DNA of 32,000 nt, from positions 593,106 to 625,105 of the forward strand of contig CBDCXV010000009.1 in NCBI GenBank assembly GCA_965223905.1, in the 5' to 3' direction. Shown piece by piece: positions 19,318 to 30,164 of the stretch. The translations under genes were made by a program, and so were the position numbers. The stretch comes from Candidatus Latescibacterota bacterium (GTDB lineage: Bacteria > Latescibacterota > UBA2968 > UBA8231). The stretch's first letter is position 1; every line of letters begins with the position of its first letter. The notes under the pieces were generated by a model that had not been told where the DNA came from, did no database searches, and saw nothing but the letters and a program-made list of their open reading frames with translations.

Positions 19318-19833
19318 GTGGTGCCGTCGCAGCACGACAGCATGTGCCAGGCCAGGGAGGCGGCGCTACGCTACCTGGGAAACCAGGACCGCACCGAGCA
19401 CCAGGTTCGGCGAAAACTGGGCGAGAGAGGTTTCGAGAAGACCGTGATCGAGTCGACCCTTGCCGATCTCGGACGTGCCCGTCTTCTCGACGACCGCGCC
19501 TTCGCGCGCCGCTGGATCGAAAGCAGGATGGCGAACCGGCCGGCGGGGGAATCGCGCTTCGAGCGGGATCTGCAAAGCAGGGGGGTAGCCCCCGATGTCA
19601 TTGCCGAGGTGCTCGCCGAGTTCGATACCGTCGGGTCGGAAGGGGCTGCGTTGCAGGTGCTCCGCCTGCACCGGTGGAGATACGCGGGGTTGGCGGAAGA
19701 GAAGGCCAGACGGCGCATGTGGGGATTGCTGAGCCGGCGGGGGTTCGACGCGGATACCAGCCAGCGCGCCGTCGAAAAGATGCTGGCCGAGACGGCCGGC
19801 GAGAGCGTGGCAACAGTGGAGCAAATGCAGTGA
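19318..19833 (+). CDS. recX: RecA regulator RecX
   Basis: It lies immediately after recA. 'ALRYLGNQDRTEHQVRRKL...GLLDDRAFARRWIESR' is a typical RecX repeat pattern. The start is GTG 19318 or ATG 19342. Confidence 0.8.
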   Translation: MVPSQHDSMCQAREAALRYLGNQDRTEHQVRRKLGERGFEKTVIESTLADLGRARLLDDRAFARRWIESRMANRPAGESRFERDLQSRGVAPDVIAEVLAEFDTVGSEGAALQVLRLHRWRYAGLAEEKARRRMWGLLSRRGFDADTSQRAVEKMLAETAGESVATVEQMQ

Positions 19834-22442
19834 AGTCGGGGGAATTTCGCGAGACATTTCTGAGCTTTTTCGAAGAACGCGGGCATCGGCGTGTGCCGAG
19901 CGCCTCGATCGTGCCTGGAGACGACCCTACGCTCCTGTTCACGAACGCGGGTATGAACCAGTTCAAGGACGTGTTCCTCGGGCACGGGAAGCGGGACTAC
20001 AGCCGCGCGGTCGACACCCAGAAGTGCATCCGGGTCTCGGGCAAACACAACGATCTGGAGGAAGTAGGGGTCAGTCCCTGGCACCACACGTTTTTCGAGA
20101 TGCTGGGCAACTGGTCGTTCGGCGACTACTTCAAGGAGGAGGCCATCACCTGGGGATGGGAGCTGGTGACCGAACGCCTCGGCCTGGAGAAGGAGCGACT
20201 CTGGGCGACGGTCTTCGAGGGCAGCGAGGCGGAGCAGCTGCAACCTGATGATGAGGCGGAGAGCTTGTGGGTCAAGTGCACGGACCTACCCGCGCACCGC
20301 GTCGTGCGTCTCGGCAGCAAAGATAACTTCTGGGAAATGGGGGAGACAGGCCCCTGCGGCCCCTGCTCGGAGATCCACTACTTCCTCGGGGACGACCTCG
20401 ATGGGCAGAGCGCCGAGCTGCTGCGACGGGACAGCGGCGATTTTGTCGAGATCTGGAACCTCGTGTTCATCCAGTTCAACCGCGAGCCCTCCGGCAGTCT
20501 GCAGCCCTTGCCGGCTAGGCACGTCGATACCGGAATGGGTTTCGAACGGATGTGCAGCCTGCTTCAGTGCCGGGAAAGCAACTACGACACCGATGTTTTC
20601 CAGCCGCTGATCGCACGGATCGCCGATCTCATCGGAAAGCATCCCGGAGAAGGAAACCTGGTGCCGATGCGGGTGATCGCAGATCACGTCCGCACCCTGA
20701 CGGTGGCGATTTCCGACGGCGTCCTGCCCTCGAACGACGGCCGCGGGTACGTCATGCGGCGCCTGCTGCGCCGCGCCGCGCGCTTCGGCCGCAAGCTCGA
20801 TCAGCACGAGCCTTTCATCCACAGGCTGACCTCCACCGTCGTCGACCAGATGGGCGCCGTTTTCCCGGAGATCGCGCAGAAGTGTGATCACGCAGCCCGG
20901 GTCATCCGCTCGGAGGAGGAGAGCTTCGGCGCAACCCTGGACCGCGGCCTCGACATCTTCGAAAAGCTGAGCGCGAAGGGGGAGCTGACAGGGGCCGACG
21001 CCTTCATGCTGCACGACACCTACGGTTTCCCGCTCGACCTGACCGAGCTAATGGCCAGGGAACGCGGCCTTGGCGTCGACACCGAGGAATTCGAGCGCGA
21101 GCTCGAGGTGCAGCGAGCCCGCGCCCGGCGCGCCACCAGGAACCAGTTCACCGCTGACGAGAGCGTGGGGGAACTCATTGCCGGCGAGCACTCGCAATTC
21201 GTCGGCTACACCGAGCTGTCGTCAGCCGCAGAGGTAGTGAATGCCGAGGTCGATGGCGACGGCGGCGTAAGGCTGTTTCTCGATCGCACCCCTTTCTACG
21301 CCGAGGCGGGAGGTCAGACCGGCGACCGCGGTGTCATAGCAGGATCCGGTTTTGCTGTCGATGTCGAGAATACGGTCAGCGCCCGCGGGGGAATCATGCA
21401 CGTCGGCAGTCTGCGCAGCGGAAGCGAGCCTCCCGGTGGGGTGGTCAGCGCCGAGGTCGACGTCGACTCCCGCGCCGCGGTTGCCCGTAACCACACCGCT
21501 ACCCACCTCCTGAACGAGGCGCTGCGTCGAATTTTGGGGGATCACGTGTCGCAAATGGGCTCGCTGGTCGCCCCCGGCCGCCTGCGTTTCGACTTTTCCC
21601 ATTTCGCCGCGGTGGAGCCCCAACAGATTCGCGATGTCGAAGCGCTCGTCAACGAGCAGATTCGCGCCGACAGCGTGATCCTCGCCTTCGAGGAAGATCT
21701 CGACACCGCCAGGAAGATGGGGGCCCAGGCGCTGTTCGGAGAGAAATACGACAGCCGCGTCCGCGTAGTGCGGATCGGGGAATTCAGCCTCGAACTCTGT
21801 GGCGGTACCCACGCCGAAACCACCGGCCGGATCGGCTCCTTCGCCCTGGTTTCCGAGGGGGGTATCGCCGCCGGGACGCGCCGGGTGGAGGCGATCAGCG
21901 GCGATGTCGCCGTGCAGGATGCCCGGCGGCACCGCGACCTCGCCGGAGATCTGTCGCAGCTGCTCAACGCCGCTGCCGACGACCTTGCCAACCAGGTCTG
22001 CGAGCTGATGCAGCGCAACAAGGAGCTGGAGCGACGGTTGGAGGAGAGCAGGCACCGAGCCGCGGGAGACGAAGCGGTCCGGCTGGTGGAGCAGGCTGAG
22101 CTCGTCGAGGGTGTTCGGGTGGTCGCCGGCCGCGTCGAAACCGAAGATGCCGGGTCGATGCGCAACATGGCCGACGGGCTGCGCGACAACCTAGGCTCCG
22201 GCGTCGGCGTACTCGGCGCCGTCTTCAAGGGCAAGGCTTCGTTCATTGCCGTGGTAACCGACGACCTCATCGCCTCCAGGCGATTGCACGCAGGGGATAT
22301 CGTGCGTGGGGTCGCCGAGTTGGCCGGGGGGTCGGGCGGCGGCAAGCCGCACATGGCCCAGGCGGGTGGCCGGGAGCCGGAGAAGGTGAACGAGGCGCTG
22401 GCTGCGGTTCCCGGTATCCTGCACCGGATTCTGCAAAGGTAG
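19830..22442 (+). CDS. alaS: Alanine--tRNA ligase
   Basis: GTG 19830 overlaps the recX stop (GTGA). 'FLSFFEERGH', 'FTNAGMNQFK' and 'HHTFFEMLGNWSFGDYFK', plus the editing-domain 'HTATHLL' and 'CGGTH'. Length is 870 aa. Confidence 0.95.
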   Translation: MKSGEFRETFLSFFEERGHRRVPSASIVPGDDPTLLFTNAGMNQFKDVFLGHGKRDYSRAVDTQKCIRVSGKHNDLEEVGVSPWHHTFFEMLGNWSFGDYFKEEAITWGWELVTERLGLEKERLWATVFEGSEAEQLQPDDEAESLWVKCTDLPAHRVVRLGSKDNFWEMGETGPCGPCSEIHYFLGDDLDGQSAELLRRDSGDFVEIWNLVFIQFNREPSGSLQPLPARHVDTGMGFERMCSLLQCRESNYDTDVFQPLIARIADLIGKHPGEGNLVPMRVIADHVRTLTVAISDGVLPSNDGRGYVMRRLLRRAARFGRKLDQHEPFIHRLTSTVVDQMGAVFPEIAQKCDHAARVIRSEEESFGATLDRGLDIFEKLSAKGELTGADAFMLHDTYGFPLDLTELMARERGLGVDTEEFERELEVQRARARRATRNQFTADESVGELIAGEHSQFVGYTELSSAAEVVNAEVDGDGGVRLFLDRTPFYAEAGGQTGDRGVIAGSGFAVDVENTVSARGGIMHVGSLRSGSEPPGGVVSAEVDVDSRAAVARNHTATHLLNEALRRILGDHVSQMGSLVAPGRLRFDFSHFAAVEPQQIRDVEALVNEQIRADSVILAFEEDLDTARKMGAQALFGEKYDSRVRVVRIGEFSLELCGGTHAETTGRIGSFALVSEGGIAAGTRRVEAISGDVAVQDARRHRDLAGDLSQLLNAAADDLANQVCELMQRNKELERRLEESRHRAAGDEAVRLVEQAELVEGVRVVAGRVETEDAGSMRNMADGLRDNLGSGVGVLGAVFKGKASFIAVVTDDLIASRRLHAGDIVRGVAELAGGSGGGKPHMAQAGGREPEKVNEALAAVPGILHRILQR

Positions 22443-22449
22443 ACGGAGA

Positions 22450-23271
22450 GTGGAACGGACTGCGCCATACGATCCTGATTCTGTCCCGGGACGGCGGCCT
22501 TGGAACGAGTGTGACGGACAGCAGCAAGCCACCGCCCTGGAATACCTCCTCTCGGTGCGCGATTCCCGGGGAGCCGGGTACCTGCCTCTTCTCGATCCGG
22601 ACCGGCTGTCGCTCGACGAACTGGAGGCAAGGGCGGAGGCGTGCGCAGAAGTGGGTGCCGACGCGATTCTCGTCGGCACGAGCCTGATGCTGTCGACGAG
22701 CCGGAATGCCGCCCTCTTCGAGCGCTTGAAGCAGTCTGTCGACATTCCCGTCATCAGCTTTCCCGGGGATGCCAGCCAGGTCGTGTCCACCGCGGATGCC
22801 CTGCTTTTTCTCGCAATGATCAGCGGCCGTAATCCCGAACTGCTCATCGGCCAGCACGTGCGCGCCGCGCCGCTGCTGAAGGAGTACGGCATCGAGGTCA
22901 TCCCCACGGGGTACATGCTGATTGAATCCGGGACCCTGACCTCGGCGGAGTACATGAGTTCGACGCGGCCGATTCCCAGGGCGAAGAGGGACATCGCCAT
23001 GGCGCATGCTCTCGCCGCGGAATATCTCGGCATGAAGCTGATCTACATGGACACCGGCAGTGGCGCCGGCGATTCGGTTTCCGGGCAGCTCATTACCGCG
23101 GTGGTCGACTACATCTCCCTACCCGTGATCGTTGGCGGCGGTATCCGGGATGCGGAGACGGTGCGGGAAAAGGTCGACGCCGGGGCGAGCTTCGTCGTGA
23201 CCGGGACCGCGGTCGAAGCCGATCCTTCGCGGCTTCGCGAGCTGAGCGACGCCGTGCATTTCAAAGGTTGA
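22450..23271 (+). CDS. Geranylgeranylglyceryl/heptaprenylglyceryl phosphate synthase family protein (GGGPS/PcrB)
   Basis: 'LLDPDR' near the N-terminus, 'DAILVGTS', and a C-terminal '[32 protein letters not shown]' phosphate-binding TIM-barrel end match my recollection of the PcrB/GGGPS family (PF01884). Start GTG 22450 is uncertain; GTG 22555 is an alternative. Confidence 0.75.
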   Translation: MERTAPYDPDSVPGRRPWNECDGQQQATALEYLLSVRDSRGAGYLPLLDPDRLSLDELEARAEACAEVGADAILVGTSLMLSTSRNAALFERLKQSVDIPVISFPGDASQVVSTADALLFLAMISGRNPELLIGQHVRAAPLLKEYGIEVIPTGYMLIESGTLTSAEYMSSTRPIPRAKRDIAMAHALAAEYLGMKLIYMDTGSGAGDSVSGQLITAVVDYISLPVIVGGGIRDAETVREKVDAGASFVVTGTAVEADPSRLRELSDAVHFKG

Positions 23272-23299
23272 GCGAGATGCAGCAAGCGAGTCCGCAGCC

Positions 23300-23572
23300 G
23301 TGGTAGCCAGAGAAGCGGTCATAGCGAACCGGCTCGGGATTCACGCCCGCCCGGCAACCCTTCTGGTAAAGGAAGCGGCGAGCTTCGAAGCGGACATCTT
23401 CCTGTCGAAGGGGAGCATCCGGCGCATCAACGGCAAGAGCATAATGGGAGTGATGATGCTGGCCGCGGAACAGGGCGCGACAGTGCTGGTCGAAGCCGAG
23501 GGCCCCGACGAAGAGGGGGCGGCCGCAGCGATTGCCGGGCTTCTGGCGAGCAGTTTCGAAGAGGCGGCGTGA
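23300..23572 (+). CDS. ptsH: Phosphocarrier protein HPr
   Basis: His15 context 'LGIHARPA' and Ser46 context 'NGKSIMGVM'. Length is 90 aa, with a GTG start. Confidence 0.9.
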   Translation: MVAREAVIANRLGIHARPATLLVKEAASFEADIFLSKGSIRRINGKSIMGVMMLAAEQGATVLVEAEGPDEEGAAAAIAGLLASSFEEAA

Positions 23573-25347
23573 GCGACCAAATTCACATACTGCGGGGTAT
23601 TCCGGCATCACCCGGTATCGGGATCGGGAAAGCCTTTCTCTACCGGGCCGAGTCTCCCCCCGTGGTGCGTCGCCGGGTGGCACCACACCTTGCCGACAGT
23701 GAAACGGATCGTTTCCTCAACGCCCTGCAGATGGCTGCCGACGAGGTACGACGCACCAGGCACCTCGTGGAGATCGAGCACGGGGACGACCTCGCCCAGA
23801 TCTTCGATGCCCAGCTGGCGATGCTGGAAGACGAGCAGGTCAAGGACCGAACCGTGGAGATCATCCGCGGAGAACACCTCGCCGCGGAGCCGGCTTTCGT
23901 TCAGAACATGCGATCCCTGCAGGCGGCATTCGAGGATTCCGACAACGAGTACCTGCGTGCCCGGGCCGCGGATGTCCGCGACATCGAGCACCAGGTTTTG
24001 ATGCGCCTCCTCGGTGGCGGCCTTCACGGACTGCACTCGTTGCGCTCGAACACGATCGTCGTCGCCCGCGACCTGCTGCCTTCCGAATCGGTGCGCCTGG
24101 GCCGCAAGCTGGTCAAGGGTCTTGTTCTCGACCAGGGTGGAGCGACATACCACGCCGTCATCATCGCGCGCTCGCTCGGCCTGCCTTCGGTAGTGGGCAC
24201 GGAGGTCGCTTCCCGTTCCATCCGCTCCGGGGATCCGCTCGTCGTCGACGGCGACGAAGGCAGCGTGCACGTTTTTCCGGGGGCGGAGAGGTTGCGCTAT
24301 TTCCAGTCGGAGCTGCGCCGGCAGCACCGGCGGGAGCGCGATCTGCGAGCCCGCCGCGATCTTCCTGCGAGGACGCGGGACGGGACGGAGATCGCCCTCA
24401 TGGCCAACGTCGACCTGCAGCAGGAGGTCGAGGTCGCCCTCGAGAACGGCGCCGCCGGGGTCGGCATGTTTCGCACCGAGTTCCTCTACATGGACCACCG
24501 CCCGCCAACGGAGGAGGAGCAGTTGGACATCTATCGCGGCGCGGTGGAAGCAATGGCGCCGCGCCCGGTCGTCATCCGCACCTTCGACCTGGGCGGGGAC
24601 AAGCTCTCCAGCTCGCTGGGGCCGGTTTCGGAACGCAACCCGTTCCTCGGGTGGCGCGGGATTCGTCTCTGTCTCGACAATCCGGAGTTCTTCAAGGTGC
24701 AACTGCGGGCACTCCTGCGCGCCGCGGCCGGGGCCGACCTGCGCATCCTGATTCCGATGGTCACCACCCTGAACGAGTTGCGGCAGACGAAGAACCTGAT
24801 CCGCGAGGCTGCACGGGAGCTGCGGGAACGGCGGCTGGAGCACTCGGCCGACTGCAAGGTCGGGATCATGGTCGAGGTGCCATCGACGGCAATCACCATA
24901 GACAGGTTCGTTCCGGAGGTCGACTTCCTGAGCCTCGGAACCAACGATCTGGTGCAGTACACCCTCGCGGTCGATCGCACGACCCCGAAAGTAGCGGATC
25001 TTTACGATCACTATGATCCAGCGGTCTTGAGGCTCATCAAGGATGTCGCGGACAGCGGCCGGCGCAACGGCGTGACGACAAGCATTTGCGGCGAGATGGC
25101 CGGGGATCCGCTGGCGGCCGTTCTCCTCCTCGGTTTGGGGGTCGAGACATTGAGTGTCAGTCCGGGGCTGATACCGGAGCTCAAGGAAGCGGTGCGGTCG
25201 ATCGCGATCGCCCGGGCGCGGGAAATCGCCGCCCACTGCCTCACCCTGGAATCCGGAGCTGCAGTGCGCACCTGTCTCGAGGAAGCCTTTTCCCAAAGTG
25301 CCGCGCCGCGGCGAAAGCGACCGCGATTTCAGGGGCGAGGAGGATGA
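23569..25347 (+). CDS. ptsI: Phosphoenolpyruvate--protein phosphotransferase (PTS Enzyme I)
   Basis: GTG overlaps the ptsH stop (GTGA). '[13 protein letters not shown]', active-site region '[21 protein letters not shown]', 'FRTEFLYM' and 'CGEMAGDP'. Confidence 0.9.
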   Translation: MSDQIHILRGIPASPGIGIGKAFLYRAESPPVVRRRVAPHLADSETDRFLNALQMAADEVRRTRHLVEIEHGDDLAQIFDAQLAMLEDEQVKDRTVEIIRGEHLAAEPAFVQNMRSLQAAFEDSDNEYLRARAADVRDIEHQVLMRLLGGGLHGLHSLRSNTIVVARDLLPSESVRLGRKLVKGLVLDQGGATYHAVIIARSLGLPSVVGTEVASRSIRSGDPLVVDGDEGSVHVFPGAERLRYFQSELRRQHRRERDLRARRDLPARTRDGTEIALMANVDLQQEVEVALENGAAGVGMFRTEFLYMDHRPPTEEEQLDIYRGAVEAMAPRPVVIRTFDLGGDKLSSSLGPVSERNPFLGWRGIRLCLDNPEFFKVQLRALLRAAAGADLRILIPMVTTLNELRQTKNLIREAARELRERRLEHSADCKVGIMVEVPSTAITIDRFVPEVDFLSLGTNDLVQYTLAVDRTTPKVADLYDHYDPAVLRLIKDVADSGRRNGVTTSICGEMAGDPLAAVLLLGLGVETLSVSPGLIPELKEAVRSIAIARAREIAAHCLTLESGAAVRTCLEEAFSQSAAPRRKRPRFQGRGG

Positions 25348-25387
25348 ACTTCAAAAGCGCGTCTGCGAGATTGCGAAAGGAAGAAGC

Positions 25388-26551
<1,164 letters not shown>

Positions 26552-26606
26552 GCGGCCGGCCTTTCGACGAGCGCGATCGCCGCCCGCGCCTCGAAGGAGT
26601 GTGATC

Positions 26607-28661
26607 ATGCCGGAGAAAGCCCGCGAGCGAGTCCGGCGGCTGGCCCGGCCTTTCGGGAGAGCACTGGCTCCGCACTTCTTCTGTTTCCTGCTGGCCCTCC
26701 CCGGTTGCACGGTAAAGAGGCCCCAGGTTCCGATACTCGATTTAACGGTGAGCATCTCGGTCGCCGACGATACGACGACGATTCGCGACGTCGCCAAGCG
26801 CACGGAGTTTCTGCGGATCGACTCCGACGACCGCCTGGCTCTCGATTTCAGCAGCGAGTTCGACGGGGGTGCCCAAGTCGGAGACAGCCTGCAGGTGACC
26901 CCGGAGCAGGGCACCTTCCGCACCCGGCTCGGGCCGATCTCGATCCCAGGTCAGGGAATTCCCGTTACCGATATCTCCCTGAGCAGCCTGCTGGGAAAAG
27001 AGATCCCGGAAACCGACTCGGCGGTACCGCTTGCGGGAGCCGATTTCGAAACCGAGGTCCGGTTCACACTCGAAGACGCGACCTCGCTGACAATCGAGGA
27101 GGGCGGCCTCGACCTGTCCATCCACAGCAAGCTGCCGATGCCGGTCGCAATGAAGCTGGTCCTGGTCGACGCCGGCAAAGGGGGCGTCGCCGTGGAGGAG
27201 GTCGACTTGGGAAGCATCGCTCCCGGCGGCTCCGCTACCGCCTCTTTCGACTTGAGCGGAAAGAGGATTTCGGGCTCCTTGGTGTTCCGCGTCTCCGGGG
27301 CCACGGATGAAGCCGAGGTGCAGATCCAGGGGGAGCCCGCCCTGGAGATTTCGGGCGTTCTGCGCGACCTGACAGTGAGCGAGGTCACCGGGCTGATTCC
27401 GCAACAGGTTTTGGCCGGCACCCATTTCCTGGAGATTGCCGACGACCGCATCCGCGCTACCCGGGCCCAGATCAGGGAGGGAGCTATCGCTCTCGAGGTC
27501 GGGAACGTCACCTCAGTCCCCTTGTCGGTTACTCTGACACTCGACGACCTGCGCGCGTCCACCGGGGAGATCCGCACCTTCACCGTCGACAAGCTCCTTC
27601 CCGGCGAGGAAAAGCAGGTTCTCTTCGACCTCGCCGGCAACGAGTTCGCTCCCCTGGATCCGCTTTCGATCCGGCTTTCCTGGGAGGCCAGGACGCTGGC
27701 GACGGAGACCGAGGCGACCCTGCGGTCCGACGACGGGTTGCAGGTAGAGGCACGTCCCGGAACAATCCTGTTCAACCGTCTGGAGGGGACTCTCGACAGG
27801 GTGGAGCTGCCAATGAATACGGTCACCGATACCATCGACTTTCCGAACGGCCTGAATCAAGTCGCGCTGAGCTCCACCTCGCTCGCCGTCTTCGTGACCT
27901 CGGCAGCCGCGTACAGCAGCGAGGTGAATCTGTCGATCACCGGCACCAACCGGTGGGGGGAAAGCAGCACCCTGTTGGATTCAGAGGTTCTGCCACCAGG
28001 AAATCCGGACGCCCCGGTCAGCATCGCGATCGAACGGGACTCCGAGGACCTGATCAGCTTCATGAACCTGCTGCCCACCGAAATCACCATCGTCCCGGAG
28101 GTCTTCCTCGGCGACGGCGCCAGCGCCGGTGAAATCGAGGCCGATGACTGGGTCAGGCTCGACAGCCTCGTGTTCGATGTTCCGGGGCGCTTCCGGATCA
28201 CCGGCGATACACGGATCGAGCCGGATCCCGTGCACCGCGAGTTCTCGGACGACGAATGGCGGCGGCGCATTCGCTCCAACCTCAAGAGCGCCTCGGTCAC
28301 AACGAAGATCGAGAGCCACATTCCCCTGGGATTGACGGTCAGCGTCCAGGTCGGCAGGACCGCGGAAGAGGTGTACAGGAATCCTGTGCTGACCATACCG
28401 ACCGACGGAACCGGCTTCGGCGTCGCCTCGGCTCTCGTCGACGACCAGGGCCGGGTCGTCGCAACGACGCGGTCCGAGAAGGTCGTGGAGCTCACGGCAG
28501 AGGACGTTCTGGTCTTCCTGGAGGAGGGAGGAGTCTACTCCGGAGTGCTCGTGCAGATCGAGAGCACGGACGGCGACATCGAGCTGTTCGGCAGCGATTT
28601 CTTCACCGTGCAGGCGGGGGCGCGGATCTTCATCGAGCTGAACGAGAGCCTGGTGGAGTAA
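26607..28661 (+). CDS. Large lipoprotein of unknown function with internal beta-rich repeats
   Basis: SD 'gaaggag' lies 7 nt before ATG 26607. Signal plus lipobox 'FFCFLLALPGC'. It is an acidic, beta-rich 684-aa protein with a recurring module, e.g. 'GGLDLSIHSKLPMPVAMKLVLVD', 'GAIALEVGNVTSVPLSVTLTLDD' and 'ASVTTKIESHIPLGLTVSVQVG'. No known family recognised. Confidence 0.7.
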   Translation: MPEKARERVRRLARPFGRALAPHFFCFLLALPGCTVKRPQVPILDLTVSISVADDTTTIRDVAKRTEFLRIDSDDRLALDFSSEFDGGAQVGDSLQVTPEQGTFRTRLGPISIPGQGIPVTDISLSSLLGKEIPETDSAVPLAGADFETEVRFTLEDATSLTIEEGGLDLSIHSKLPMPVAMKLVLVDAGKGGVAVEEVDLGSIAPGGSATASFDLSGKRISGSLVFRVSGATDEAEVQIQGEPALEISGVLRDLTVSEVTGLIPQQVLAGTHFLEIADDRIRATRAQIREGAIALEVGNVTSVPLSVTLTLDDLRASTGEIRTFTVDKLLPGEEKQVLFDLAGNEFAPLDPLSIRLSWEARTLATETEATLRSDDGLQVEARPGTILFNRLEGTLDRVELPMNTVTDTIDFPNGLNQVALSSTSLAVFVTSAAAYSSEVNLSITGTNRWGESSTLLDSEVLPPGNPDAPVSIAIERDSEDLISFMNLLPTEITIVPEVFLGDGASAGEIEADDWVRLDSLVFDVPGRFRITGDTRIEPDPVHREFSDDEWRRRIRSNLKSASVTTKIESHIPLGLTVSVQVGRTAEEVYRNPVLTIPTDGTGFGVASALVDDQGRVVATTRSEKVVELTAEDVLVFLEEGGVYSGVLVQIESTDGDIELFGSDFFTVQAGARIFIELNESLVE

Positions 28662-28677
28662 CCGGGGCCGGCGAGAG

Positions 28678-30096
28678 ATGACCGGGAAACCGAAGGCCGG
28701 CATGCTTTCCATCCACTGGCGGGAAACAGCCACCGCGATGGTGCTGACGCTTGCCCTTGAAGGTTCCCTGTTCGCTCTCAGCGACACCGAACCTCGGGCG
28801 CTGGCGCTTGGGCAGGCGTACACCGCTTTGGCGCGAGGGCCGGAAGCGGTCTTCTGGAATCCCGCCAACCTCGCCCTGGGCGGGGAGCCGAAATTAAAAT
28901 GGGAGCTGTTTGGCGCCGGTCTGACCCTGATAACGGAAAACAACAGCTTCTCCGTCCGCACCTACAACGAAAACTTCACCGACGACACTCACAGGATCGG
29001 GAGAGCCGAAAAGGAGAAGCTGCTCGGGGATATCCCCGCGGACGGGATGAGGTTCAACGCCGACCTGGTGCCGTTCCTTTCCGCCGGTCTGCCGGTAAAC
29101 GGGGGCATCTCCTTTCCGCTGAGGAATGGAATTCAGGCCGCGGTCACCACGAACGTCGCCTTCGGGATGGAGGGGGAAATGCCGAAGGATATGTTCGAGC
29201 TGATGCTGTTCGGCAACGAATTCGACCGCCCCTACGAAATCGCCAGGTGGGACGGGTCATCCTGGCTTGTCGGGGGGGTGAACTTTGCGGGGGCGAAACC
29301 CTGGATGCCCGACAGGTTGGCTTCGCACCTGCGCGAATTCACCGTTGGGGGGACCCTGAAGATCTCAGGAGGGGCCTACGGCGAAATCACCCGGTCGGAT
29401 GGCGGCATGATCTCACGCATCCAGGGAACCGACCTGGAGGGGTTTGCGCTCGTCCGGCGCAGCGGCGGCCTCGGCTTCGGGGTGGACTTCGGGGTGGCCG
29501 GCGTCACCACGGACGGCAGGACCACCTTCAGCGTCGGCATGCTGAACCTTGTGGATTTCATCAGCTGGAGCATCCGATCGCGACAGGACTCGGTGTATGC
29601 AAAGGCGACCAGGCTGCGGGTGACCCGCTTTCTCGAGCCGGACCAGGTGCGGATGAGGGACGTGCTCGAGAACGAGGACATCGACGGCGACGGCGATCCC
29701 GATTTTCGCGAGAAGCTCAGCGAGGACGGCTTCTCGCGCTCGCTGCCGGCGATGCTGCGCGCGGGTATCGCACACTGGCCGATGCCCCACATGACGGTGG
29801 TCGGCAACTACGACCAGGCCTTGAGCTCCGGGTTCGGGATATCCCCCGTTCCCAAGATCTCGACCGGGGCGGAGTACCGCCTTGTGCCGTGGTTTCCGAC
29901 GCGAATCGGTTTTTCGATCGGGGGACGCAGCAGCAGCACGGGTGTCGGTTTCGCCTTCGGGCCGTTCAACGTCGGGCACGCGCAGCTCGAGTTTTTCGAT
30001 CTCGCGCTGGTGACTCGCGGGGGATTGCTGCCGGGCTTTTCGAAAGGCTCCGCCATGTCGGTCATGTTCTTCCGCTTCAATTTTATTAATGCCTGA
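28678..30096 (+). CDS. Outer-membrane beta-barrel protein, FadL/TodX- or PorV/PorQ-like N-terminal motif
   Basis: It starts 16 nt after the lipoprotein gene. The N-terminal 'ALALGQAYTALARGPEAVFWNPANLA' resembles the motif shared by FadL/TodX, PorV/PorQ and UPF0164 barrels. It is Gly/aromatic-rich with alternating strands and a C-terminal 'VMFFRFNF'-type strand. Confidence 0.6.
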   Translation: MTGKPKAGMLSIHWRETATAMVLTLALEGSLFALSDTEPRALALGQAYTALARGPEAVFWNPANLALGGEPKLKWELFGAGLTLITENNSFSVRTYNENFTDDTHRIGRAEKEKLLGDIPADGMRFNADLVPFLSAGLPVNGGISFPLRNGIQAAVTTNVAFGMEGEMPKDMFELMLFGNEFDRPYEIARWDGSSWLVGGVNFAGAKPWMPDRLASHLREFTVGGTLKISGGAYGEITRSDGGMISRIQGTDLEGFALVRRSGGLGFGVDFGVAGVTTDGRTTFSVGMLNLVDFISWSIRSRQDSVYAKATRLRVTRFLEPDQVRMRDVLENEDIDGDGDPDFREKLSEDGFSRSLPAMLRAGIAHWPMPHMTVVGNYDQALSSGFGISPVPKISTGAEYRLVPWFPTRIGFSIGGRSSSTGVGFAFGPFNVGHAQLEFFDLALVTRGGLLPGFSKGSAMSVMFFRFNFINA

Positions 30097-30164
30097 ACGA
30101 CTCCCCCTTTCACCCACGGCCGGTAAGTGTCTCCGAATCACCATACTCTTCTGACCGCGAGGCG

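Noticed and set aside
23608-25296. Very long antisense or alternative-frame ORFs, including 23608..25296(-), 25241..26923(-), 16398..17657(-), 4477..5613(-), 661..1629(-), 14712..16013(+), 8720..9778(+) and 30988..31956(-).
   Set aside because: Each lies opposite to, or out of frame with, a gene carrying unmistakable conserved motifs (ptsI, metK, recR/pgsA, the binding protein, rsmA, dnaX, the permease, hsdM). Their translations are Arg/Pro/Gly-rich and low-complexity. This is the expected stop-codon-poor artefact of GC-rich DNA.
25348-25387. SAM riboswitch upstream of metK. Likewise a lysine riboswitch upstream of the decarboxylase (11037-11124) and a T-box upstream of alaS.
   Set aside because: The gaps are only 40 nt, 88 nt and an overlap, respectively. 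These are far too short for those leader RNAs, and none of their conserved cores were seen.
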